From positions 108,591 to 140,590 of the forward strand of contig DQ158856.1 of the NCBI GenBank assembly GCA_000002455.1: a stretch of 32,000 bases of DNA. Direction: 5' to 3'. The translations under genes and the position numbers were made by a program. This DNA is from Bigelowiella natans nucleomorph (taxonomy: Eukaryota > Protista > Cercozoa). A model generated the notes under the pieces. The model ran no database searches, was not told where the DNA came from, and saw nothing but the letters and a program-made list of their open reading frames with translations. Below, in pieces: positions 1 through 10,223 of this stretch. How positions within the stretch are numbered: position 1 is the stretch's first letter; each line of letters begins with the position of its first letter.

Positions 1-1
1 T

Positions 2-1825
2 ATCCACTTCTTGAATACTAATTTTAAAAAATACTATACACAGGATAAGATCTTAAACAAAATCATAAAACAATTCACAATGTTGAAACGTTTAAAAACA
101 TGTTATATTCCAGTGAATATTATCAGAATCATTGCTCATACTAAAAGCTCTTTACAAAGATATGGCAAAATTCAAAAGAACTGTACTTGCCCTAATCTTT
201 TGAGTATTTATCTAGGAAAACTCTATAACTCATTATCATTATCAAGAAAGACATGTTATTTCAAGGCCTTGTTTAATAAAATAATAAATCCGTCCATAGT
301 ACTAATCATAAAAAACATTTTTACTGTAAAACTTATTAAATCACTCAAAATAAACTTATTTCAATTAAAATGGATTTTTAAACAAATTGAGAATAAATAT
401 AACAAATCTTTGACAACTCCCGGAGAGTGCGTTGGCGTCATAGGGGCTCAATCCATCGGAGAACCTACAACTCAGATGACCTTGAATACTTTCCATTACG
501 CAGGAATTGCAGAAAAGGATGTTACTACAGGAGTGCCGAGATTCAACGAATTAATTAATGCAACAAAAAAGCCAAAAACAAAATGCTCTTATCTAAGTTT
601 AATACATAACTCTAAGTTAGAAATAGAATCTACCGATTTCATAATATCAAGATTAGAGGAAACCAAATTGGAATTTTTTGTTGAAAAACTCTATTTACTA
701 AAAGTTTTTGACTCTCAATATACTAGGATTGATTTTATTTCATCAATTTTAAAAAATTCTTTGGAATCGATTAATCCATCCTCTAAATCTGATCAAAATC
801 CTAGATGGATATTAAAACTCATAATATCGAGATGGAGGCTTTTTGAAAAAAAAATATCCATCGTTAAATTATTTAAAAAACTTTCTGACAAATTAAAAAA
901 TTATGGAAATATTCAGATTAGTTTTGCTGATAAAAAATTTATTGAAATAGCAATAATTATAAGCAATACCCTTTTTGCTCCATATTCTATAAAATTATTA
1001 GATGTTGATCCTAAGAAAAAAACCCCTCATATCAAAGAAAGGTGCAAACTAGGAGTCAGAAAATCCAAATTTCTGTACATCCTAGAAAAATTTAAATCCG
1101 AAATTCTCAATATTCCAATACTCGGTATTCCAGACATAGTTCATTGTAGAGTTAGTAATAAAGTCAGGACTTTTATAAACAATTTAAACTATGACTTAAA
1201 TAGTCTTGAAAACTTTATATTACTCGATTGTATTGGTATTAATTTGGTAAAAACTTTGACTCACCCTTGGATAGACTCCAGCCTGACATACTGTAATGAT
1301 GTTAACTGCTTTTATGACAATTTTGGCATCGAAGCTGCCCGACTCTTGTTCATTAAAGAATTAAAAAAAATTCTAGAATTTGATAATTCTTACATTAATC
1401 AACATCACATTAGCTGCTTAGCCGATTATTCTACTAATACTGGTCGTCCCAATGCCATTAACCGTTACGGGTTAAAGGTACAATCTCTATCTACATTACA
1501 GGAATGTTCATTCGAAGAAACAATGAAAACTCTACTTAAAGCATCTGTTGAAACCAAAGTTGATCGATTCAGCAGTATTACCGAAACAATTATCTTTGGT
1601 AAAGAATCTAATTTTGGTACAGGTTTTTCTAATATGAAGAAAACTAAATTTCAAGAGGTACAAATATCGAAAAATTCTTTTAAACGAAGCCCGCTAATTA
1701 TCCCGAGTTTCAATCAATCAAAAAGTTCCTACAAATTGGTATCATATTATAAACCATTAATAAAAAATAAGAAATTACAATATAATCCATATCATCAAAA
1801 AAAATTTTTAGAATGGGAATACTAG
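2..1825 (+). CDS. rpb1: RNA polymerase II largest subunit, 3' part (5' end outside window)
   Basis: GVIGAQSIGEPTTQMTLNTFHYAG and DVTTGVPRFNELIN (trigger loop), FGIEAAR, CSFEET and FGTG. The frame is open from the window start. Confidence 0.93.
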   Translation: MHFLNTNFKKYYTQDKILNKIIKQFTMLKRLKTCYIPVNIIRIIAHTKSSLQRYGKIQKNCTCPNLLSIYLGKLYNSLSLSRKTCYFKALFNKIINPSIVLIIKNIFTVKLIKSLKINLFQLKWIFKQIENKYNKSLTTPGECVGVIGAQSIGEPTTQMTLNTFHYAGIAEKDVTTGVPRFNELINATKKPKTKCSYLSLIHNSKLEIESTDFIISRLEETKLEFFVEKLYLLKVFDSQYTRIDFISSILKNSLESINPSSKSDQNPRWILKLIISRWRLFEKKISIVKLFKKLSDKLKNYGNIQISFADKKFIEIAIIISNTLFAPYSIKLLDVDPKKKTPHIKERCKLGVRKSKFLYILEKFKSEILNIPILGIPDIVHCRVSNKVRTFINNLNYDLNSLENFILLDCIGINLVKTLTHPWIDSSLTYCNDVNCFYDNFGIEAARLLFIKELKKILEFDNSYINQHHISCLADYSTNTGRPNAINRYGLKVQSLSTLQECSFEETMKTLLKASVETKVDRFSSITETIIFGKESNFGTGFSNMKKTKFQEVQISKNSFKRSPLIIPSFNQSKSSYKLVSYYKPLIKNKKLQYNPYHQKKFLEWEY

Positions 1826-1828
1826 AAT

Positions 1829-2451
1829 CTACCATTCACCACATGGTCTTATGTCGACCAACTGCATTAAAAGAAACCATACCATTATGGTAATAATCAA
1901 TGATGGATCTAACACTCCAAAAATAGGAGGTATCCAACCTCTAAAAAAATAAATTAGATTATCAACCGGCTTATTATTTATAATCATTACCACTAGTAGC
2001 GGATTAGACTTTTTCTTTTTTTTCCAAGAAGATGATTGAGTTTCGCGAACTTCCACTAAATATAACCAATAGTTTCTGGTTAATATAATACAATAAGATA
2101 ACTATTTATATTAAATTTTACAGTCAACATTCTATAAATAAACATTATGATTAATCTATAAAAAGCTGAAAGATAATATGATAAGTAAGGTGACAAATCA
2201 TGAAAAGCTTTCATGATATCTAATGACGAGTGCTTACCTAAAACAGTCAGCAGTGACAAGTCAGATATTGCAAAAAACAATGAAGATCTACTACATGATG
2301 ACGTTCTTTGGAATTGAATTATTTTTTTTGAAAATTTTTTATTGAATTTTGTTGTTTTTAATTTAGTCAAGCATTTTTTTCTATTGAATAACGCTTTTGA
2401 CTCGTGAGAGAGTAATTTGTGTTGTTGTTTTATTAATTGTGAGTAAACCAT
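1829..2451 (-). CDS. YGGT/YlmG (Ycf19)-like membrane protein with a long basic, Ser-rich N-terminal extension
   Basis: A 20-nt GT-AG intron at 2102-2121 joins ORFs 2080-2451 and 1829-2056 in frame (~200 aa). The C-terminal PVDNLIYFFRGWIPPIFGVLDPSLII matches the YGGT signature (plant YLMG-type DPYLNLFRNIIPPIFDTLDVSPLL). Confidence 0.7.
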
Positions 2452-2533
2452 AACTTAACATGTGATATGAACTTAGTTTTATATATCATGTGCAGGTAAA
2501 TAAACTAATTACGAATAATACTTTTTGTTTCTA

Positions 2534-3783
2534 ATGTCCAATTTAAATGAAATAAGAGTCAAATCATTCTTTGATTTAAAATTAAAGAATAGTATCAAAA
2601 AAGGTGTCTTTATAAATGCAATGTACTACTGCTCTAAAATCCAATCTATTACACTTATTCCATTATTAAAAGGTAGAGATATAATCTATCAATCACCCTC
2701 AGGAACTGGGAAAACTACTTGTTATATAATCGGCACAAGTAATCAATTATGTCAATCCATAAATTCGTATAAAATTTTAAACTAGGCCTCAATGTCTAAT
2801 TTTAGTTCCAACGAGAGAATTAAGCATTCAGATAAGAAACGTATTTAATGTTCTTAACATTTATACTAAAAACTCGATTACTTCGTGTCACGGGGGAAGA
2901 TGGCTCGGAGAAGATCTCAAAAATCTTAAAAAAAATTTCCATGGAATTGTAGGAACACCAGGAAGAGTCTTGCATCTATTGCAAATTGGTAGCTTAGCTA
3001 TTACTAAAATTCGAACTTTCGTTTTAGACGAAGCTGACATTCTAATGAATAAGAATTTCAAAATAGATATTTTTAATATTTATAGATATTTAAACTCTAA
3101 AGTTCAAATAATAATCTGCTCTGCTACTATACCCTTATATACACTTCAAGCAGCGAGCAAGTTTTTACTTGATCCAGTAATGATATTAATGAGAAAAGAA
3201 GAAATAAATATCGACGTAATCAATATTGTCATAGAAAATAAAGCAATTTTACATTTCCGTTTTTATTGAAGAAAATAAACTGTTAGCTCTTTTAGACATT
3301 TTTGAAACTCTATTAGTCGGGCAAGTTCTTATTTTCTGTAACACAATAAGAAAAGCTAATTGGATTCACAATAAATTACTTGCTAATAATTTTAATGTTG
3401 GCCTAATACATGGAAGAGTTATCCAAAAAGAGAGAACTAATATTTTTAAAAATTTCAGAGATGGTAAAACCAGAGCATTAGTTACAACGGATGTCTCATC
3501 AAGAGGTCTCAATATTCCTGAGGTTAAAAATATATTTATAGGTATCACTTGTTATAAATTATGATATTCCAACTTTCAAGGATGTTTATTTGCATCGTAT
3601 AGGAAGGACAGGTAGATTCGGTAGACAGGTCTCTTTTTGATTTATAGGGTGTTGCAATAAATTTTGCTAAATTAAGGGATCTTCATAATATAAAAAATTT
3701 AGAAGTACATTTTTCTATAACAATAGAAGAATTGGTAAAATTTTAGAAAAAAGAAATCGGAGTTATTAAATTACAAATACTAG
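2534..3783 (+). CDS. eif4A: eIF4A-family DEAD-box RNA helicase (with eIF4A-III-like features)
   Basis: Motifs [29 protein letters not shown] and [11 protein letters not shown]. 19-nt introns at 2767-2785, 3216-3234, 3523-3541 and 3629-3647 restore the frame. A probable fifth intron lies at 3735-3753; without it the stop is at 3746. Confidence 0.9.
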
Positions 3784-3788
3784 AAGTT

Positions 3789-4645
3789 TTAAATGTCATA
3801 GTTGTTTTTAAGTTTAGGGGCCAAAAAGTATTGAATTTTTGAGTTACCGTCAAAATTAACAGCCAATTTCATTGGATAACTCGTTTTAAATTCCAGAGTG
3901 ACATTTTCTGATAACAGAGCCAACTTTGAGAAATGTATAATATATTTTAATGAAATACTTTGAGTGATTTGATTCTGACAATTAACTGTAACTTTTCTTT
4001 TCTACTTTTAATCATTTTACTGTTAGATTGTTAGTATTCTTATAAATTATAATAGCTCTTCCACTTGTACCTTTAGCTGTAAATACAACTACACCAGGGT
4101 GAATATTTATAACAACTAAAATATTTAATCATACCTATGTCACCCACATTTATAAGATCTTTTGCTAGTTTAGTTAACTCCAAAGAATTCATCGAAATAG
4201 TGGCATCATATTTATCAACAGGAACTGTAATCTTTTCCTTAATACTTTTGAATAAATTCAATTCATATTCAGCTATCCTACTATCTATACAATATAAAAT
4301 AAACCTTTGTTCTCAAAAACTAAACTAAAAAAATTTGTAGTTTCGTCGTATTTCATCATAACCGAGTCTTCATTTGTAGATGTTTTCAAAGCTTTTATTA
4401 AGCCTTGAAAATTTATCTCTATTTATTATTAACTTACTAAATTTTGTGCCTACAAATTCCTTGAAATTTTCAAAATAATCTGCCTGAATATCAACTTCAA
4501 GTAATGTTATGTGCGAATGATCAATTGACTGAATTGTTAGAAAGTTTTCTTTGAATTCAAATGTTGATTCACTGAGTAAATCTTTCATTGATTCAAATAA
4601 TTTAATAATTTTATTTGGATTTAAAAAAATTATTTTTCTCATCAT
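3789..4645 (-). CDS. pcna: Proliferating cell nuclear antigen
   Basis: IQSIDHSHITLLEV..YFENF at the N-terminus and KIQYFLAPK at the C-terminus. There is a 19-nt intron at 4419-4437, plus further tiny introns that were not all mapped. Confidence 0.9.
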
Positions 4646-4679
4646 CTAATTACTCGTAATAATAAAAATTGACATTAAT

Positions 4680-5296
4680 TTAAGAAAAACAGACATTATA
4701 TTTAAACAAAAAATCACTCACTGATAGGTATTCTCTGTATGGAAAATAACCGTTGTAACAAAACTTACCAGCTAACTGATACCTAATAGTCTCTAGAAAC
4801 TCTAGCTCTTTCTTTATATTGTATTTATTTATTTTATTATTTTTTAATAACCTATAATCAGAAAGCTAACCTAGTGATAAGATTAATAATTAGTTCTGGG
4901 AAATTTAAAGAAACGAATATAGAATCTTGATATGAGAAAGAACTAATACGAAAACCTTTTTTATTTGAGTTTATCAAAGAATTAAATTTTAAAAACTTAA
5001 AAATTTTCGGATCTAAGTATTTTATAAAAAGTTGAGAATTTAATTGCTTCAAATTAAGTTTGTAAGGTATAAAAAATCTATTAATTGAGCCAGAAGAATT
5101 AATTTTCTTTCCTTAATAAAAATACTTCAAAAAAAATACCGTTTTGTTTAACATAAATTTTAGAAAAATATAACTTATTTATTAGTAGATTATATAAAAA
5201 ACTCTTTAAATACTTTTTTTTTGTCAAAAATAATTTAATGTCTTTTGGTAAACTAATAAAAAATAATATATATTTGAATAAGACTATATCTAGCAT
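4680..5296 (-). CDS. Hypothetical protein (~190 aa, two tiny introns)
   Basis: Two 19-nt GT-AG introns (gtatttttattaaggaaag; gttagctttctgattatag) join ORFs 5099-5296 and 4858-5052 and a final exon ending ...DFLFKYNVCFS*. No family recognised; the start is uncertain. Confidence 0.5.
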
Positions 5297-5333
5297 GAAC
5301 GGAGAGTGCGTTAGACCTCAGGCATCCCCTTTA

Positions 5334-5631
5334 ATGATTAACATCCGCTTTTTCAAGAGAGGCTCAGTTGTTTATTTACGTAAAGGAAAAAATATTGGAC
5401 GTATAGGCATAATATATGATATAGTTAACCAAAAAAAGGTACTTTATATAATAATAGGTAATAGTTTACTTGTTAAATAAAAAAATTCTAAACACGAGAA
5501 TAGAATCATTATTTATGAGTAAATATTCAATCGCATTGCCTTCGTCCTCTCATAATACTCCTTTAGTTAGTAAATTAATAGACTCAAAAATAAAAGAAAT
5601 TCGAAATCTAATTTCTTTCAAAAATATTTGA
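5334..5631 (+). CDS. rpl14: 60S ribosomal protein L14 (eL14), shortened
   Basis: KOW-like RFFKRGSVVYLRKGKNIGRIGIIYDIVNQKK|VIV resembles eL14 GRV...GKLVVIVDVIDQNRALV. 19-nt intron at 5439-5457. Confidence 0.75.
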
Positions 5632-5759
5632 TTCATATCTTAAATAATTAAGCTCATAAATTTCTTTGATTCATTTTAACAATTTATTTTTTTTAAATTT
5701 ATAGCATTAATAATTAAATTATCCAAAATCTAGCTTACCCTATAGTTTCGATAAATTTT

Positions 5760-7539
5760 ATAAGATTATGAACTAAAGATCAAATATCCTATTTTAAAGA
5801 TTATAGTCTATTTAATGACTGATTACTAAGAGAAAATTAAACCACAAGTCTAAGAGTCAAATTTACTAAACTACATGTTACTTTTAAAACTTTTTAATTC
5901 TAGACTAAAATTTATCTATGAATCATTCGTACTCAAATAAACCTGTATTATTTAATTTAGATTGTTTCAAAAAATTAATTGATTCTAAAATAATGGTTAT
6001 TTTATCTTAAAACAGAAAATTATTTCTAATAATCTAGGACAAGTTAATAACAAATTCTATATTTTAATTAAACAGAAAAGTATTTTTAAAAATATAGAAA
6101 TCTTACTTAGTCAAAATATACTTTCAATACTAATGGAATTAAACAAATTTCTCCCTTTCACTAAAGTAAAAAATAAAGCAAAGTTAATAAATAAAAAATT
6201 AACGTTATCTATTCAACAATCTAACTTGAATATAGCTTACTTATTAATATTTGGTATACTAATTTGTATTTAGTTTCAAAAATGTCTTTGCTTTTTAGAT
6301 CTAAATCACTTTTGTCACAAAAGAAAATACTTAACCCTTTAAGAAAAAGTATAATTCTAATTACAATAAATATGAGACTTATTAGTTTAAAACTAAAATT
6401 TATTGATAAAGATTTCATCATAAAATTAATTAAAACTTCTCTAATTGGAAAACTTTCTCAAAATCATAATTTTATTAGCAACTCTGTATCATTTTCATAG
6501 AATAGTTAAAATTAATTGACTTCATAATAAATCGTATTAAGTATTACAAAAACAAAACTAACATTAAAAATATTTTTAGGAATGTCTTTTTTTCAAAATA
6601 TAAAAACTGGTATTCTCATAATAGCTTTTTTATTTCTAAAGGATTATTATTTCAAAAGTATTCGAATCATATTAATTTCAAAAGGACTAGCAAGTCTAAT
6701 CCTAGTATAATTATTATACCTACCTCGTTGATCAACAAAAAGGACTCTAAATTTAAAGATTCATCCATAAAATATTGCAACAAGTATAAGATAAATCAAA
6801 AAGGCAATTTTACCACAGACTAGAAACAAGATACCAGTTTATATTACAAACGATTAAAAATACTAATGCTGATCTTATACTACTTGATCAAAAAGACACT
6901 ATAATTACTGATCTAATGAATAAATATACTAAATCAACAATAATAAACAATTTTTATTCATCAGAACTTTTCAATATAATCAATAACCTAGGCTTTGAAA
7001 AAAATAAAAGCTCCTATTTTTATCATAATTTTAACTCTTCAAAATATTTTAGATTAAATGTTTTTAAGATTTGAATAAGATTTGTAATTCCAATTTTATT
7101 AGCTGGTTATTAATCACAAACAAATCAACAAAAAGAAGATGCTTGTCGATTATTTGCACCTTTACTGATTATCAATTCGAAAAAGATCTACTAAATGATA
7201 CGAGAAATTTAATAGTTTTAATAATTCAAATATTGATTGATGGAAGAGTTCTACCTTCGGATAACTCAGTCGAATTCTTGATAACGAAGATGATCAAATA
7301 TAAAATTCAACTTACCGAATGTACTATTTTTGCAATTAGTAAGAGATATTATAGTTAAATCTTTCTACTATTTAATTTATATTATGAATCACAAAAAAAA
7401 AGTAATATCTTTTCCTAACAATAATTCCATTTTAAAAATAAACTTTGAACGAGATAAAACAATAGATTTGCGGAATTTGAAAGATCACCATAAAAACATT
7501 AATTATATTCATTTAAATTATAAAGTATGTAGTACTTAA
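5760..7539 (+). CDS. Probable intron-fragmented hypothetical gene(s)
   Basis: Successive + strand open segments (6264-6500, ~6800-7070, 7071-7358, 7330-7539) in a genome with almost no intergenic DNA. Exon structure and boundaries are unresolved. Confidence 0.35.
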
Positions 7540-7628
7540 AATTAGATGAATTTAATCTTATCAAGCTTTTTACTTTTTCACGATATTTCAAATATGTAAA
7601 ACATTGTCTGTAATGAATAAAGGGTTGG

Positions 7629-7991
7629 CTAGTAATAAAACATAATCTGCCTAATAACCTCTAAATAGATTTTTAAATAAACCGAATTAAGAAACAAAAT
7701 CTCATTTTTAAATGTTCTTTTAGATTTTATAAATGATAAGTACTTTTCTGTAAATAAATTTTTGATTTCGCAATAATTTTTGTCGTTTATCAATAAAATG
7801 TTTAAAATCTTACCAGCTATTAAGATTGTAATACTTTTTAGTGATATTTTTTTTTCATCTATAACTTTATTCAAAAAGTATAAAGATTTTCTTAATAGAA
7901 ATAGATTGAATGTGGTTTTCTTAAAATCCCTATAGCAATATTTTTTCTTATCATTTTTATAATTATAAGTTTTTATCCGTAACCTTCCCAT
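7629..7991 (-). CDS. rps17: Highly divergent 40S ribosomal protein S17 (eS17)-like protein
   Basis: N-terminus MGRLRIKT (eS17 MGRVRTKT) and NKVIDE..SLKSITILIAG (eS17 NK..EE.A.I.SK.LRNKIAG). 120 aa, the expected size. Confidence 0.55.
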   Translation of the reverse strand: MGRLRIKTYNYKNDKKKYCYRDFKKTTFNLFLLRKSLYFLNKVIDEKKISLKSITILIAGKILNILLINDKNYCEIKNLFTEKYLSFIKSKRTFKNEILFLNSVYLKIYLEVIRQIMFYY

Positions 7992-8072
7992 CTATAACTA
8001 TTTGCTACAGTAATTATTATTAAAAAGTTGAAATCTAGAACATCTTTATTTTAAGTTAACTATTAATTATTA

Positions 8073-10145
8073 TTATTCTTTTAAAAAAACTAACCACTCT
8101 TTTAAAAATGGAGATAAAACTGAAATAATAGGAATAGCATCCCCTAATAATTTATCAAAAACTAAATATTTTATTTGATTGCTATTATTTTAGTTTATAC
8201 TTCCTAAGAGTAGAATATCTATGAACCTTGACTAACAAGCATCCAAAAACCGTACAATACAATGTTTTTATTCTGAGTGCGGTAAATATAAAAGATGCCA
8301 AGAAAATAGTAAAGTTGAATATTGAAACATTATTCGTATAATGGAGAGTAATATTGTTTTTTGTTAAAACTGATTTTACTAATTTAAATAATTTGAATTG
8401 TTCTCTATAATGTCTATTCTATTATTCAAAAACTTTATTGAAATACCAATTTTTTGTAGAAAATAATATTTGATTGTTAATGGCATTCTCATAAGGTATA
8501 AATTTAATTTTTGAATAAGGTAAGGATCACCGTAGATACAGTTATTTTTTCCTGAAATACATTTTTTAATTCTACTCATACTTTATTATTAAATCATACT
8601 TTATTATTGTATTTTTAGATATTACAGAGACAAAAGATATGTAAGAAATACAGTTATACGAGCATCTATTATACAATGCTTCAATGATTATTTTTCCATA
8701 CTTTAAATCAACAGGTAAAAACAAAATAACTTTACCAAGATTCGTAATTTCTAAAGAATTTACATCGATACAATTATAATAATATAAAATTTCTAGACTT
8801 CTAGTTTTTAGAATTTATACCTTCTTAGTTTTTCTTTATCTAAATAAAATCCCAGCTCGATACTTCCAATAAAATTAGATCCAATCAGCTTAATAAATAA
8901 AATGAAGGAATTTATATTTTCAGTAACAATATTAGGAATCAATTGTAATCCATTACACAGGTGGCTTCGTTTATCAAAAAGTCTAAATATAACACCTTTT
9001 CCAATTCTACCTGTCAATAGTTAAATTACCGATTCTACCTAACCTTTGAACAGACTGTAATTTGGAACACGTTATTATTCTTAGCGTATTCGTTTGATAT
9101 CGATCATTATAAATATTTAATTTACTATATCCCGGATCAACCACAAATTTAAGATTTTTAATTGTTAAAGAAGTTTCAGAAATATTAGTACTCAAGTATA
9201 ATTTTCTGTCGGGAGACAGAGAAGAATTTAAATTAATTTTATTGCTTTTGATTGTGCTATTATCATTATAACTTAGTATTTCGGAATATAATGACACGAG
9301 TTTGAGACTAGATTTTGTACGTCTAAAAATATTTAACGATTTAATAAATAATTTGAGCAGGATAATTTCATTTTTTCCAGTTAAAAATAACAATATATCC
9401 CCAGCAATAGTCTTTGTATTGATCTTTTTATAAACTTTTACCTTAAAAATAGTAATTAATGCAGCTATTAGATAATTTGAAATATTTTTATTTAAGAAAA
9501 AAATTTTTCTATCATAAAATAACCCTTTTATAAAAATTATATTCGAATAAAATTGCTTTTTCAATAAATTTGGTTTGCTAAAAGTAGCGGTCATTATGAG
9601 AAACTTTAGTCCCTTTTTTTTTTTTACCTTTGTAATATAAAATTACTTGTAAAATATGGCATATTCCTATTATTATATCTGAATAAACTGATCTTTCATG
9701 AAATTCATCAATAATCACGATCTATCTAGGATAATAAAACCATTTTCCCGAGAGTGTTATTCATAGTCAATAACATATTTAACAATATACCTTCTGTTAA
9801 TAACATAATATCTGATTTATTTGACGCTAAACTAAAGAAACGCATTTTCATACCAACCTGTTTAATTANNCATACTTTATGACCCAGCCTAGTTTTAAGA
9901 ATAGTTGATATTCTGAGGGCTACATTCAACACAGCTAATCTCCTAGGTTGCGTGATGAAAAGTTTATATTTTTTTTTACTAAAAAAAAAATATAAAATAA
10001 TCGGAATAATAGTTGATTTACCACAACCAGTTTCTCCTACAATTACAGAAAAGTCATTAAACAAAATTTTCCTTAGTATTATTTCTTTAAAGTAGACTAA
10101 GCTATTTTTAGGATTAATTATAGAAAAAAGTAAAACCGATCTCAT
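8073..10145 (-). CDS. DEAH/RHA-family RNA helicase (Prp43/Prp22/Dhr1-like), divergent
   Basis: GETGCGKST, TQPRRLAV, TEGILL, DEFHER, TAT, GDILLFLTG, STNISETSLTI, VVDPGYSK and QRLGRIGR after splicing several 18-19 nt introns. The C-terminus ends ..KEWLVFLKE*. Confidence 0.85.
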
Positions 10146-10223
10146 TTCCTTAAAATATAATTACGTGTTGCTAACTTCTTTTTAAATTAATAATGGAAGT
10201 ATCTACTATAAAAACTCATATTA

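Noticed and set aside
4715-4800. ACAGAGAA (U6-like, minus strand) and ACTTACC (U1-like, plus strand)
   Set aside because: Flanking snRNA motifs are absent and the segment is explained as the last exon of a spliced minus-strand ORF.
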